DNA of 64,000 nucleotides from a virus: IMG/VR virus record IMGVR_UViG_3300046170_000505; one strand, 5' to 3'. Shown piece by piece: positions 58,801 to 64,000 of this stretch (position 1 is its first letter; each line of letters starts with the position of its first letter). The notes under the pieces were generated by a model. It saw only the letters and a program-made list of their open reading frames with translations, ran no database searches and was not told where the DNA came from. The position numbers and the translations under genes were made by a program.

Positions 58801-58974
58801 ACCAACAACATTAGCGTTAATGTAACCATTGATAGCTCTGGCAAAGAAAGTGTGGAAGCTCAAACCCCAGAAGGATCCTACCAACAAGAACAAGAACTTG
58901 CAATGAAAATAAAGACGAGAGTTCTAGAGGTTATAAGAGAGGAGAAAAGACTAGGCGGAGAACTCGATAGATGA
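43819..58974 (+). CDS. tail tape measure protein (TP901-type core) with an internal multi-domain effector array
   Basis: EFSRQG..., IIDKLAAVDVKFAVSSEDL..GL.RAG, TARGGAVIGNGLKTIFTRI core; long coiled coils; C-terminal FAKGG...D.VPAMLT.GEYV motifs. Confidence 0.9.
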   Translation: MAVRANVDLKVNMASVKRSMDRAAREVNKTVQNVSGKDISFNVNGKSFTQPLGRITSSANEFTKSLEASNARVIAFGASVGIINAITDSFKFLIAETVRFEKTLQDINVVLNSSNEQIQKFGQGLFDVAQNTAQSFNIAADAALEFSRQGLSVEEVLKRTNDALTLTRITSLDAAEAVSGLTAAVNAFGEAGLTTTDIIDKLAAVDVKFAVSSEDLINGLERAGAVAIDAGVDLDNLVGIITSLQQTTARGGAVIGNGLKTIFTRIQRPESIRQLEDMGVAVRTLTGAVLPADKVLKNIAKGFEELSQSQQSNIVQFAAGIFQANIFRAALTDLAKTQGIQQQATEISANAAGEAARKNELLNKSISAMASQAGSGLKELVGIMGELAIKPELGEAVGIFGNAIEGLKNALGGGEDEGNAFAKGLVRGIGNVLTGPGVIAFAAIFTKLLFNVFKFASGSLKDVLGIVTQKEKVRQIEESIVKVLGSNVQVTQALNRLEGDRIAQEQYILGIIEAQTNALAKQQQLASKLGPALLKRGITPDLSYDNTPGTLVDIDGDGVISGAGGILPQEKNAERKGAIEGGYSPGRVNKMKVPGMGDVIYNTAEKVKNFEGMKQPAIMPPQSSRAGRNYKEKFSEKHGFDPYASGGLIPNFVPRKGSNVDKVYQLLKNAWLSEGYRMTNKELTDATGLPGAPDNPYKKANSSFNRDFGAKLNKAGYTVNTRPRTEYYQYLPTNKEKIAKFIQREQDPAKKGIATITDDELMDKFLKQKILKSASGHHFQAAIEAGGRSKVSFANSVTSYRNQFVNEDKLVAPPIYLKDDSTYVGPPNSSPWANVSLESKGKSKVNATGKEIDSVFNGIKNGAPQSFLGLDKRFDINPLTKKELADFKKQNFSANVDHYGFAKMQGNPPKPVFLSYNTLANAPYSLNANGFEHAISDFKRRKRGLAGSPLDFIDVPGEAKFGPTAYKNTLDEHLTGKFLRHLIGTDSISWPPRAGYGSLGRLEYFHTESFGAPTMKHIEQRNKQAHNIKANLGLIPNFADYRTREQKITDYLNDPANDKVKFKRPKMPANITPTQISMAMNVPVGGNVTKEYSDNEIKKAISETIQKRKDLQLEGFENLKNVDIDSVLKKYKESTKDGDFYGDKDLSYSSGLVPNFVDKVQNGAIYYSKPHNKIVRVTRVDNDKKIARIKHHDMEKYKDEEVFFKDLEAVSAEQAKEYFQKKSSGLVPNFAQQAGNTLLMEPSKFFTYANSSDVAKALGKGVNYREIQDKMDSQEPVSIKASLLDIITSSDKNKTKPTGKEALHGTFNSLASKGISYIERDFIFRQLKRRGARQKKGESDPDFNERKVTAQLNAEQDIRETAGSTYTKYLSTYNPETKKGDPSYPIDHIAEGLEFSSGETKSGEFIAANLISKSLRMASDRELTSWLESQGVKDKGLDEKNLKRAQNLASQLGIKGTKKDESEEPTFDQIDADAWGMNKGLVPNFADLSKSERLKMMKSTLSFQDEYEDLAKMGSPLAKWALKTVKDKEFKMIGNGMESWAIGNEEVVYKLPRPMIDSFSKTGDLELKRWRKQMKVMAQPSLQYKVSPENKAWNLVPNSNIAKRAERIRSQLDELGINSLFLPKTEVLKVAGQDEFITSQERVKGSTFFNLQNEIVKNKNNKTDFNLDGYKIVEHLMENIGESTMITDVHSGNFIAEASKKKQLLNTVNQFAPVGSKESKPLSRLGLRSLPNDSMAAIDFSSGLIPNFADLYKPYMNKGGKAIGMENYFYSSNNQEDALNYIKSNKNLNIKTGSSELRKFNFPPRVWEMLTSNNPQDIEPQMNVLPIGTRTPIGKGDPYRDTSLGKGMSEQEDFYAIALKNTLGIRPPFFEKTDSWRNGETYSTLMTNSSQFREMYNLNRLDGKNVIPNFVKYDKSRGGSGAWGAIPNNREGKYGGFIPNYKKLYQAYIGDDKNYRANRTSSAWYFDSQKGTDGILDDWRGVVSSGAVSKGIGHLYAREYSLSDSNLKEMTSGVYSSGNLRKLRVMSRAFEANNEMPDQNDEEWEDDLVNNSGNGFDDASDEMEGRLGAYSRLRKTQNQNRLWKNSMAGTINNPLPLATYKTNEMFGPGYIIPDLGALDIYQDGFTTEDDKKIRSIFSPNLNRDNHLIERKISEKHLDNKGFSEMLSDVAKDPEKAMNASRRMGIEGIKEHVDNQSKGLVPNFAFDPNSFEKNKRARNVHEQMFGTLDSRTKDIQNRNQLNREKALRGEDPKLFDRHYPDPILGQARNKIINAPTGGGEKNVAQAIRSSKRIEKSKKEELIKQIGSQRLKDLDEKYLNKSNKNSHTSRLQRFVKQRKDLESAIQSENFEKAREIKNADFIQNEKIYNEYANYLGETRYLDSDVSTAKRAQERFGKNPHSDSMNDPNTLGYYPGITKSYGVPGEKSISYNPYQTDYPKKGPRSFRNSGLIPNFSKVSRTIKSQEDRVKGKGEFIGGGVSERDKDIAFNMFDHFISKISGLSSSFGLNERRMSLTGTAEDRNLIETFKTSGKSEKDLIQIAGSQRKLRNILDGYMLGHFETLLLAKGKFKQAEDPLMQGDLSKGLVPNFAGMDLYRGVIRDKGAKYNKKDVFELTPKRQKQFASSSITSIEDLKQYLLGHTDNQNASSLVSTSTQKSVAMEFATSKDSSKQGLVSKENMSFRRMYNPRKVEKLLNFMMDRKGWSEAKSVQWFLENAKNKDIGFHIKRWMDEGSKLKKQNEFEDEVALLGKQAFTDRDNLAPFSKGLTPNFANPLSDALQREKSAGVPSSRIRVEKSSQLKSPMNPMGLAVTNTRDEPGGLAQGIRRAKKQGIDPKRHGIDVPNFATPVSKDQFDKILNDIVSKAESSFKDIEKTLDDIELGDLAKDLKKKFDDSIEEAKKTKDTKKVLDIKDEAETIKQKGIDKFTKNPKQILGSNSQHSIGATKDNADKKMAQLEEATKKLTSSIEEADIEVQQNTKSQGDNLVKLFALQSIISTTNGFLQEFAESTNTVTRTFAKLGTVASDTVASFVQIQMLGDELANFFESIGKKQKEDEEGGSGGIIEGVAGGAAAGGAARGSMFAGIRNMAARGAQAMQRFIKPVAAVVAGFKLADGVFKNFISDDKMGIYMSVMGSASEKAAHRLELMSKSIEATTAAIENLKKQEENKQKIVELEIKGSGRTIKEDQELLDLRVKSYDVEIAVARSMAELQKEANEGGFAMRMFSEATKKAGKSTLDKAGLESMLQQMKVFQAVVSTNEAFANTTDSIDNNDKLNDAGKSRGYSLAMLTRSLMDESQASKNEDLFKRLSQAGGEPDGMLDSMNFGLKEGVSQEDFRNVFKTLHDGLEESESFNPFEPMDEDEAFRQAMKSFIDGFKKNDVSESLRNLIQSNSEGIKELARRVVIEKHVSKMKIAAAKHENSLNKIINKQTSQRSKFLDEQNLIAKSKLLAEKQSLALEDIQNTEKLSTTNAREKLNQALLEQANKLLVTNNLAEMDVGSMKTALENLKTDLNLAGKRVIESAKTFEKINKGLNPENKITASKKDKETASRIIEQTKKQVEEQLKNVDKNPKSTVELQKILTDLYSRLAEEGDENVTALVLASTNILKLREEQIKKIRESKLTEQQEIDAAKKAEAIARKELSLQMESENLTAKTLEGNKTLYKILKDRITDSKTLAKEIQESTMFDMQINNAKLEEYNLRKEIINDLTAQAVEVKIGKNTTELMENQPKVGLLKADVLSLDPSLKLDGKLLELRETNVKILTDKVASEYFSLLKSNKENDIQQGLIDVLGLRKRTAEEKFKEEISSLRTQIQEKAERINILQNEKERKKIGELLLQNEIADTKIAELTSQAKLEVLRNEKIRLALVESQVKSELIELGSQRLIEETKFQVAANNGKLLETVQEELKLETSMLEKDAYLAGLKSEQAQLLEGINERQKKAQELLDFSNKIDEARLAANRASIDQRALSGMVGADMQINRFNQRYDARAAATQAINPNATAEDMLAFTEKLKEFNKTTNNGTEAIDALRIKMAEMQVSASNLKSDLVNTGIENLRTNMVQMFKDIGSGAKSVGDAYRDLGLGLAEAILDRMMQHNVDKIISNLTYAFTGVDPEKEANKFLLENNNAVSANTLALEKLRGQLMEGVKPDKSSETPATMEEVRKAIEEANKSLLEGIAPKGSDLEKHITNLKGEINNFSNAGGDFIESLSGAFEKIRQKLEEIKSEVDAEKIKEQQGPITNHSVAENQVNVSTQDALAKNGGREGAGPHTLERTIALKKENQKKLDEDLEAAFEKRDQLIKTAQNFTSEKPKDIMSIFDEKSRGYFDKAQGDLTFEQRIKKNDLEESIAKGDKLSPMEVLDKRNILDPTPLGAPYVLGDNNFDELEGKKKEVIDKITKAESEIEAMQNEISLMREKFIKTGSGSSPKPSNLTDEQKYELNKDIDKKDEELKKIKDKKITLEKEHLVLDNLQKNTIDEINGLNKKIADIAKRRILIEKQILAAQEKDLINIQNTAVTTTTTIGSPPVVDPTPTGQNFWGGKIQRFAKGGLVEGPAGIDNVPAMLTAGEYVVPKEEVQNFSGGGRATRFFKGATQLAVMTITADAVNKAMEDQSKKKGPPVFDMKKMNPLALGSDVSLKTGDPRMSGRALAKSQEMQEYKDYLLEKAAYEVDKKNAKFKKRMGYLQQAMGFISSFAVAEVTDVLREPLRKTVDFVTSPFVKTGKYIGNKASNFFNGDLGFGEYSDAYQAANRRGYDLDYNQIKNSFETGQPIEYTSNQGTKYATTRTLTPQDRRKIGPESGDSPFIGSTTYQPGNFLKVTKTRTFDDRPLVDPTRPDLNNMGSSYGRKTLKNNSGGKIPSMLTRGEGFIPSSTAKKIGYQNLESMNRTGSLPRIQGPSGIDKVGPVGLDEGDFIIRKSSTDKLMRDNPNTMRFAMQNPDGFRKSATGYYDGGIVGTGSQASFPSNQSSPESPKGNQPVNRIQPLIEAAKSSETEKTSAAQNNEITNNISVNVTIDSSGKESVEAQTPEGSYQQEQELAMKIKTRVLEVIREEKRLGGELDR
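45757..52344 (+). repeat. ~13 copies of the peptide linker (S/K)GL(I/V)PNF(A/V) within the tape measure protein
   Basis: Motifs start at 45757, 46915, 47269, 47491, 48256, 49045, 49531, 49624, 50410, 51157, 51562, 52105, 52327. Confidence 0.92.
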
Positions 58975-60047
58975 GACAAGCGGTATTAGGTTATGAGCAA
59001 CAATTTTATCTCAACGGAACTCAAATTTCAGGAGTACAGAGCGTTGAGGGATCATATTCTATATCCGAACAACCAATCAATGTCCTAGGTTGGGGCCATG
59101 TAAATAAAGCTTTTTACGAACAAGCTGAATATTTTCAAATTAATGAACAGGGTTTACTTATAGACTCAAACGGCTTTAAGCTTTTGCAAGAAAAAATATG
59201 CACTAGAGAAAGAAGCGAAAAACTGCCTGAAAGTTTAGCTGTCCTCAATGCCCCATTAGAGGGAAGCTTTAGCATAAACTCAATTTTAGTAAGCGAAGAT
59301 TTTATGTTGAATTTTACTGGTGATAATCCGTTTACTGGAAGCATACATCATGGAGAGAGTTACTTTGGTTTTCATAGTGGCTATATAACGAGCCACTCAG
59401 TTTCTTGCGGTATAGGCCAGCTACCCACAACAAGCACAAATATTAGAGTTCTTGGAGATATAGGTGGATCTCCAGATATAGTCGAAAACGAAGATTCTAC
59501 CAATCTTAAAAGCGAGGAAAACTTTTTATTTGTACAAGAAGATTCAGACAATCCAACCACCTATAATGCTTCTGGAGAATTACCTTTTCCTGAAATAAGG
59601 TTAGCGAACCAAGAATCTATACAAATTGAAATTGGAGGCTTACTTCCAGAACACAAAGGAGTAAGTTACCCAAACGAAACTGAAGACGATACAAGCGATT
59701 ATGTTTTTGACAGGGTAACATCTTTCAATCATACAATAAATATAGGTATAGATCCTATATATACCGTTGGATCTACGGTGCCTGCGCAAGTAGATGTAGT
59801 TTGGCCGATAGAATCTAAAACTAATTTTACGGTGGAAGTCGATGAAAGAAAATACAAAAGCCTGAGAAAGTATTTAAAATCACCGACTCTTCATAATTTA
59901 GCCATAAGAATAAAAGATTGCTTTGGTGAACCAATACAAAATTATACGGTAAAACTAGCTAGATTAACAAACGAATCAATGTCGGCATCAACAGATGGAA
60001 GATTAACTGCAAATTTAAGCTATACAGCTTATTATAATAAGAGATGA
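58971..60047 (+). CDS. tail tube-fold/distal tail protein
   Basis: After tape measure; SGVQSVEGSY, GYITSHSVSCGIGQLPT resemble the tube paralogues. Confidence 0.55.
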   Translation: MRQAVLGYEQQFYLNGTQISGVQSVEGSYSISEQPINVLGWGHVNKAFYEQAEYFQINEQGLLIDSNGFKLLQEKICTRERSEKLPESLAVLNAPLEGSFSINSILVSEDFMLNFTGDNPFTGSIHHGESYFGFHSGYITSHSVSCGIGQLPTTSTNIRVLGDIGGSPDIVENEDSTNLKSEENFLFVQEDSDNPTTYNASGELPFPEIRLANQESIQIEIGGLLPEHKGVSYPNETEDDTSDYVFDRVTSFNHTINIGIDPIYTVGSTVPAQVDVVWPIESKTNFTVEVDERKYKSLRKYLKSPTLHNLAIRIKDCFGEPIQNYTVKLARLTNESMSASTDGRLTANLSYTAYYNKR

Positions 60048-61255
60048 GTTCTAGAAAAAATAAACCGTTCTATAGGTATGAAGATGTACCGCTTTTGCTC
60101 GCACCTGAAGGTGAGGAGCCAATGATGGTTTTTGCAAACTCAGCAAGCATATCAGCAAATCAACCTATAGACGCAAGAAAATTTGTAGATGATTATAATA
60201 TTTCATTTGCTTTCCAGAAAGAAGATATTCATTTTACTGGAGCACATGAGTCAGGTTTTATTCTTGGTCCACCATCTGGCCCAGGAATGAAAATGTCAAA
60301 TTCTATTGAGGTAGTAAGAAGTGGGCAAAAAATAGCTTACCCAAACGGACAATCCCTTATACTTGCAGACGATCTAGAAGCTGGAGACTATCACATTAAA
60401 GTAAGATCTACTGGGGAAATGACTTTAGATATCCAGGAAGATGTGCCCTATGGAGAAGTAGAGGTTGTAAGAAATCATTCTGCCAGAGGCCCCGTTAGGG
60501 GAAGACTCAACTTTAGCTATTATATGAATACTGGAAATCTTCATACGTTTGCAGATTTAACAGGATTACTTGACCCAAAAATTTACCCACAAATTAATGA
60601 GTCGAAAATGACAGGATGCTTGGGTGATTATGTTTTTAATGACATATATTTAACCGAAATGAGTTTTAGCGCGGCTCCATTTCAGCCTATTATGGCAGAA
60701 GCAAGTCTTGACGTATATGGAAAAATGGAATATATAGAAGGGCTTGCAGATAGCATTACTAGTAATTATGAATGTTTAAAAGAAAACCAAATCAGCGTAC
60801 CTCACGCCGCAAGAAGTGAAATATTAGGGACAAGCGATGTGGGCATTCAATACCCTTTAGCTTTTGATTATAGTATATCCTCAAACAGAACTCCAGAAAT
60901 CCCTATACCAATAAGTGGAAATTTTGATAATGATGGAGAGCTTCCAATAAGGGTTACTAAAAACGAAATAGACATTACAATCAACTTACAAGGAGAAAAG
61001 TTAGATCCTTTTTTAAAAATTACAGGGCAAAGAGCTGACGTAACAATCAAACTTCATGATATAGGTTTCTCAAAAGAATTTACGGACAACAACCAAGGTA
61101 AACTAAAAGAATTCAGGTTACTTGGTAATCTGGTATTGCCAGACGAAGTGCCTGATGAATTAAAGCAATATGGAGTTGTAGATCAAGACGCACTCACTAT
61201 ATCGGAAGGCGGTTTTTTGAGAGGCAGAGCTACGGTTAGACAATCTTATAGATAA
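60044..61255 (+). CDS. tail tip/baseplate-associated protein
   Basis: Position; beta-rich 403 aa. Confidence 0.5.
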   Translation: MSSRKNKPFYRYEDVPLLLAPEGEEPMMVFANSASISANQPIDARKFVDDYNISFAFQKEDIHFTGAHESGFILGPPSGPGMKMSNSIEVVRSGQKIAYPNGQSLILADDLEAGDYHIKVRSTGEMTLDIQEDVPYGEVEVVRNHSARGPVRGRLNFSYYMNTGNLHTFADLTGLLDPKIYPQINESKMTGCLGDYVFNDIYLTEMSFSAAPFQPIMAEASLDVYGKMEYIEGLADSITSNYECLKENQISVPHAARSEILGTSDVGIQYPLAFDYSISSNRTPEIPIPISGNFDNDGELPIRVTKNEIDITINLQGEKLDPFLKITGQRADVTIKLHDIGFSKEFTDNNQGKLKEFRLLGNLVLPDEVPDELKQYGVVDQDALTISEGGFLRGRATVRQSYR

Positions 61256-64000
61256 TGGATATATCTGCAAAAAGCTGGGAGCTAGAAAAAAACTACCAAA
61301 AACACGATATTGTAAAGGTAGATAATCTTTCTGTGCCCAATGATATAGAGAAATATTTAATAGCATCGCCAAGTGAAGATAGATTAATTAGCGACAAAGA
61401 TTTTGATTGTTTTTCAGATAATGCAAAAATATCGGATGAAGAAGGCAACTTAATATCAATTGACCCAAACAGGGGTATGATTTTTAAAAAAACCATTATT
61501 TCTGGAAGCATTGAAGTCCCTTTTGGTTTTATATTTTCTATAGATACTTCTATACCCTATACTTTTAAAACTTATGTAAGAAAAAATACTGCTCTTTCTG
61601 ACACTATAGACCCCTATTTAACTCATATAGAAATGCTTAATGGGGTAATAAATAAATCTGACTCAGTAGGAGTTGGGATTGGAGTTAAATTCTTTGATAT
61701 TCAAGAAAAAATCATTGAAGTAGAAAATTACAGGCCCTTGGTCAGACCGATGGCTTCTTCTGAACTTAGTGAATCAGAATACTATAACGTTCAGCTTGAT
61801 GTACACCCCAAGCATATACCTGTTAACGCAGTCAAGGCTCAAGCTTATATATTTGTTTATGGCCATCAAGAAGGAGGTTTTGAATTCAGAGACATAAGGT
61901 CTTCTTCAGTTAATAAGTTTTTTTATTGCGTTAATAACCATACATCTAACACATCAAATTATCCAAGTGCGTCAAACAATTGGACTCAAAATTTTGTATG
62001 GAGGCCTTCTTATGGTTCTAGCGGTTCTTATAGGGCAAATAATGAATCAATGAAATTAGGAGAGGGGTATGATTATGTAAACAATCTAGCCATCAATTCC
62101 CTACCGCTTGAATTAAACGTAAGATTCAACAACAGGACAGACAAAGAGGCAAAAGCTATAATACATTTTCTTCAAGAAAAACATTTTCCTTATGAATCTA
62201 TATACGCTTTAGATTATAAAGGTGAAAGACTTTTATCTACAGATGTTCAGGCTTTTAATTTTATATATAGTTTTCCCTACAGGACGGACCTTAAGTTCAC
62301 ATGCGTAGAGTTTAGCCATAGCATTGATTATAGAAATAATAATAATATAACCGCTAAATTTATATGTAATACAGAAAGCACCCTAAGAAGCGTGGAGAGT
62401 CACGCTGGTTACAATGTAAAAACCGACGCTGTACTACCTATAAGAGTAAATGAGGATATAGAACTTAAAAAAGGCGAAACAATAAAACTTGATTCATTCA
62501 GTATGGATGAAGATCAAAAAGAAACGTTAAGCTCTTTAATAGAAATATATGTGTATCAAACTGATGAAAACAACAAACCTACTTCAGGGGTTTTATTTTT
62601 TAGGGATCCTCAAGAATTAGCTGTAGATGACTGCATATACATAGATGTAGAAGAACCCGAAGATTCTATTTTTTCTATAGGTTTTGCAAAAGTATTTAAA
62701 GTTATAAACAATAAAACTTTTATATTTGGAAACGGAGAAGGGTTTGTCGTTGAATATTTCGAACAATCAATATTGACAGATTTAAGCATCAATGTTCAAT
62801 TAGATTCTTGCGAAACTTTAATAACGGAAGAAATTCCTAAATTGGTATTAAAATCTAAACTTCTTGATTCAGGAGATACATCCGATGTTGGAAACTATTT
62901 GGGGTTAACAACAAACCCAGAAGAAATACTAGAAGACGAAGAAGATAACGCATTTGTAGTTTTAGATAAAACAAAAGACGCTCCCGCATCTGTAAGTAAA
63001 CTAAAGTTTTGCCCTCAAGATTGTTTGGCGGCTAACGCTTTATTTCCAGAGGGATGTGACGTAATAACAAAAGATTTTACCGACAAAGTAACTGGAGAAA
63101 AAAGAAAAAGAATAATACATTTAAGTAATTATGTACAATTAGAGCTGGAATCAGATATAGGCAAAGATTCGTATTCTTTTGAGGTTACACCTTTATCTAA
63201 CTTTACTTTAAAATCAGAAGAAAACTACAACGTAATTGTTCCAGCAATCTGCGGAAGAAGTAGTATTTACATAGAAGACCCAGAAAGAATAGCTAAATTT
63301 CCTTATTATAAAGTTAGGAACTTTGAACACCGCCCAACCCTTTCTTTTAATTTATCACAAAAACCAACCCATACTCAATCAAAATTTTTAGAGTATTATA
63401 ATAAAAGATATAAAAAATCAATCAATCAAAACATGTCCACATTTAATGTTGTGTTTGATATGAGAGATGATGATGAAGCTGTAGAAATTTTACAATTTTT
63501 AGAGAGTCATTTAGGTTATAAGAAATTTAGGTTTGCAATGCCTAGACCATACGGAGCAGATGCCAGTTCTTTAACAACGCCTGGAAGGCCTAATAATTCT
63601 GTATTTTACTGCCCTGACTGGCAGCATGATATTGTATACAAAAACAATCATTTAATAAGTGCAACTTTTATAGAATCTACCACAAACATACAGGAAGATA
63701 TTAGTAACATAGAAGAACCTTGTTTTGGGGTAACTTTGTTTGATAATATAAACAGGCACTCTCTTTGCACTTTTTCTTCTGTGGCTGTTGCTGGTCATCA
63801 AAGCGGATTAGAATTTAAAAATAATACTTTTATAGCAAAACCAAAAAATAAACAGATGGATTTAATTTTTGTTATTGACGGGAGCGCAGCGGTGTCTCAG
63901 CAATTATTAAATATTGACGGTGTTGGGGAATTTTCAAAATATCAAATAATCATAGACTCATTGATAAAATCTGTTACTGGATATGATAGAAATAAATTCC
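61255..64000 (+). CDS. large minor tail protein (lambda gpM-like repeats, start of a vWA domain); runs off the window
   Basis: Not in the ORF track. ATG overlaps the upstream TAA. WTQNFVWRPSYGS...FNNRTDKEAKAIIHFL and FDMRDDDEAVEILQFLESH repeats; DLIFVIDGS near 63860. Frame spot-checked, not every codon. Confidence 0.75.
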   Translation, partial: MDISAKSWELEKNYQKHDIVKVDNLSVPNDIEKYLIASPSEDRLISDKDFDCFSDNAKISDEEGNLISIDPNRGMIFKKTIISGSIEVPFGFIFSIDTSIPYTFKTYVRKNTALSDTIDPYLTHIEMLNGVINKSDSVGVGIGVKFFDIQEKIIEVENYRPLVRPMASSELSESEYYNVQLDVHPKHIPVNAVKAQAYIFVYGHQEGGFEFRDIRSSSVNKFFYCVNNHTSNTSNYPSASNNWTQNFVWRPSYGSSGSYRANNESMKLGEGYDYVNNLAINSLPLELNVRFNNRTDKEAKAIIHFLQEKHFPYESIYALDYKGERLLSTDVQAFNFIYSFPYRTDLKFTCVEFSHSIDYRNNNNITAKFICNTESTLRSVESHAGYNVKTDAVLPIRVNEDIELKKGETIKLDSFSMDEDQKETLSSLIEIYVYQTDENNKPTSGVLFFRDPQELAVDDCIYIDVEEPEDSIFSIGFAKVFKVINNKTFIFGNGEGFVVEYFEQSILTDLSINVQLDSCETLITEEIPKLVLKSKLLDSGDTSDVGNYLGLTTNPEEILEDEEDNAFVVLDKTKDAPASVSKLKFCPQDCLAANALFPEGCDVITKDFTDKVTGEKRKRIIHLSNYVQLELESDIGKDSYSFEVTPLSNFTLKSEENYNVIVPAICGRSSIYIEDPERIAKFPYYKVRNFEHRPTLSFNLSQKPTHTQSKFLEYYNKRYKKSINQNMSTFNVVFDMRDDDEAVEILQFLESHLGYKKFRFAMPRPYGADASSLTTPGRPNNSVFYCPDWQHDIVYKNNHLISATFIESTTNIQEDISNIEEPCFGVTLFDNINRHSLCTFSSVAVAGHQSGLEFKNNTFIAKPKNKQMDLIFVIDGSAAVSQQLLNIDGVGEFSKYQIIIDSLIKSVTGYDRNKF

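Noticed and set aside
43819-58974. Inferring an extremely long tail from the 5051-aa TMP
   Set aside because: About 2200 aa are globular-looking inserted modules, so length-per-residue scaling is not valid
5184-64000. Stop-codon reassignment
   Set aside because: Long genes are intact in the standard code, and TAA, TAG and TGA all serve as stops
1-64000. tRNA/rRNA genes, DGR, transposases, tail sheath
   Set aside because: None recognised by eye; intergenic spaces are short; no reverse transcriptase or adenine-specific repeat pair seen

Overview
This 64 kb window is from a large, AT-rich, tailed dsDNA phage using the standard genetic code. It looks siphovirus-like: there are tail-tube paralogues and a giant tape-measure gene, and no sheath gene was recognised. 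A Verrucomicrobia-type host is a weak inference. Bases 1-4960 are an early/accessory region. Eight ~68-bp double-palindrome repeats separate cassettes of tiny minus-strand ORFs, and each cassette has its own sigma70-type promoter 5-6 nt before the ATG. From 5184 come Lys-rich and fibre-like virion proteins, a stand-alone Xre/MbcA/ParS-like antitoxin domain, PhoH, a TM+GAF protein, a phage sigma factor and an ERCC4-type nuclease. Next is the morphogenesis module: terminase, portal, protease/scaffold, decoration, major capsid, neck proteins, S74-chaperone tail fibre, tail tube (frameshifted in this sequence), a 2439-aa repeat adhesin, tape measure and tail-tip proteins. Many late genes are preceded by a GTGTAWW motif. 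The most striking observation is in the 5051-aa tape-measure protein. It carries a ~2200-aa insert of about 11 unrelated modules, each bounded by a conserved GL(I/V)PNF linker. The modules include an R-S-E ADP-ribosyltransferase, a protein-kinase-like domain, two PD-(D/E)xK-like domains and a UVR motif, suggesting an injected, processed effector polyprotein. All family names come from motif recognition by eye, not from database searches.
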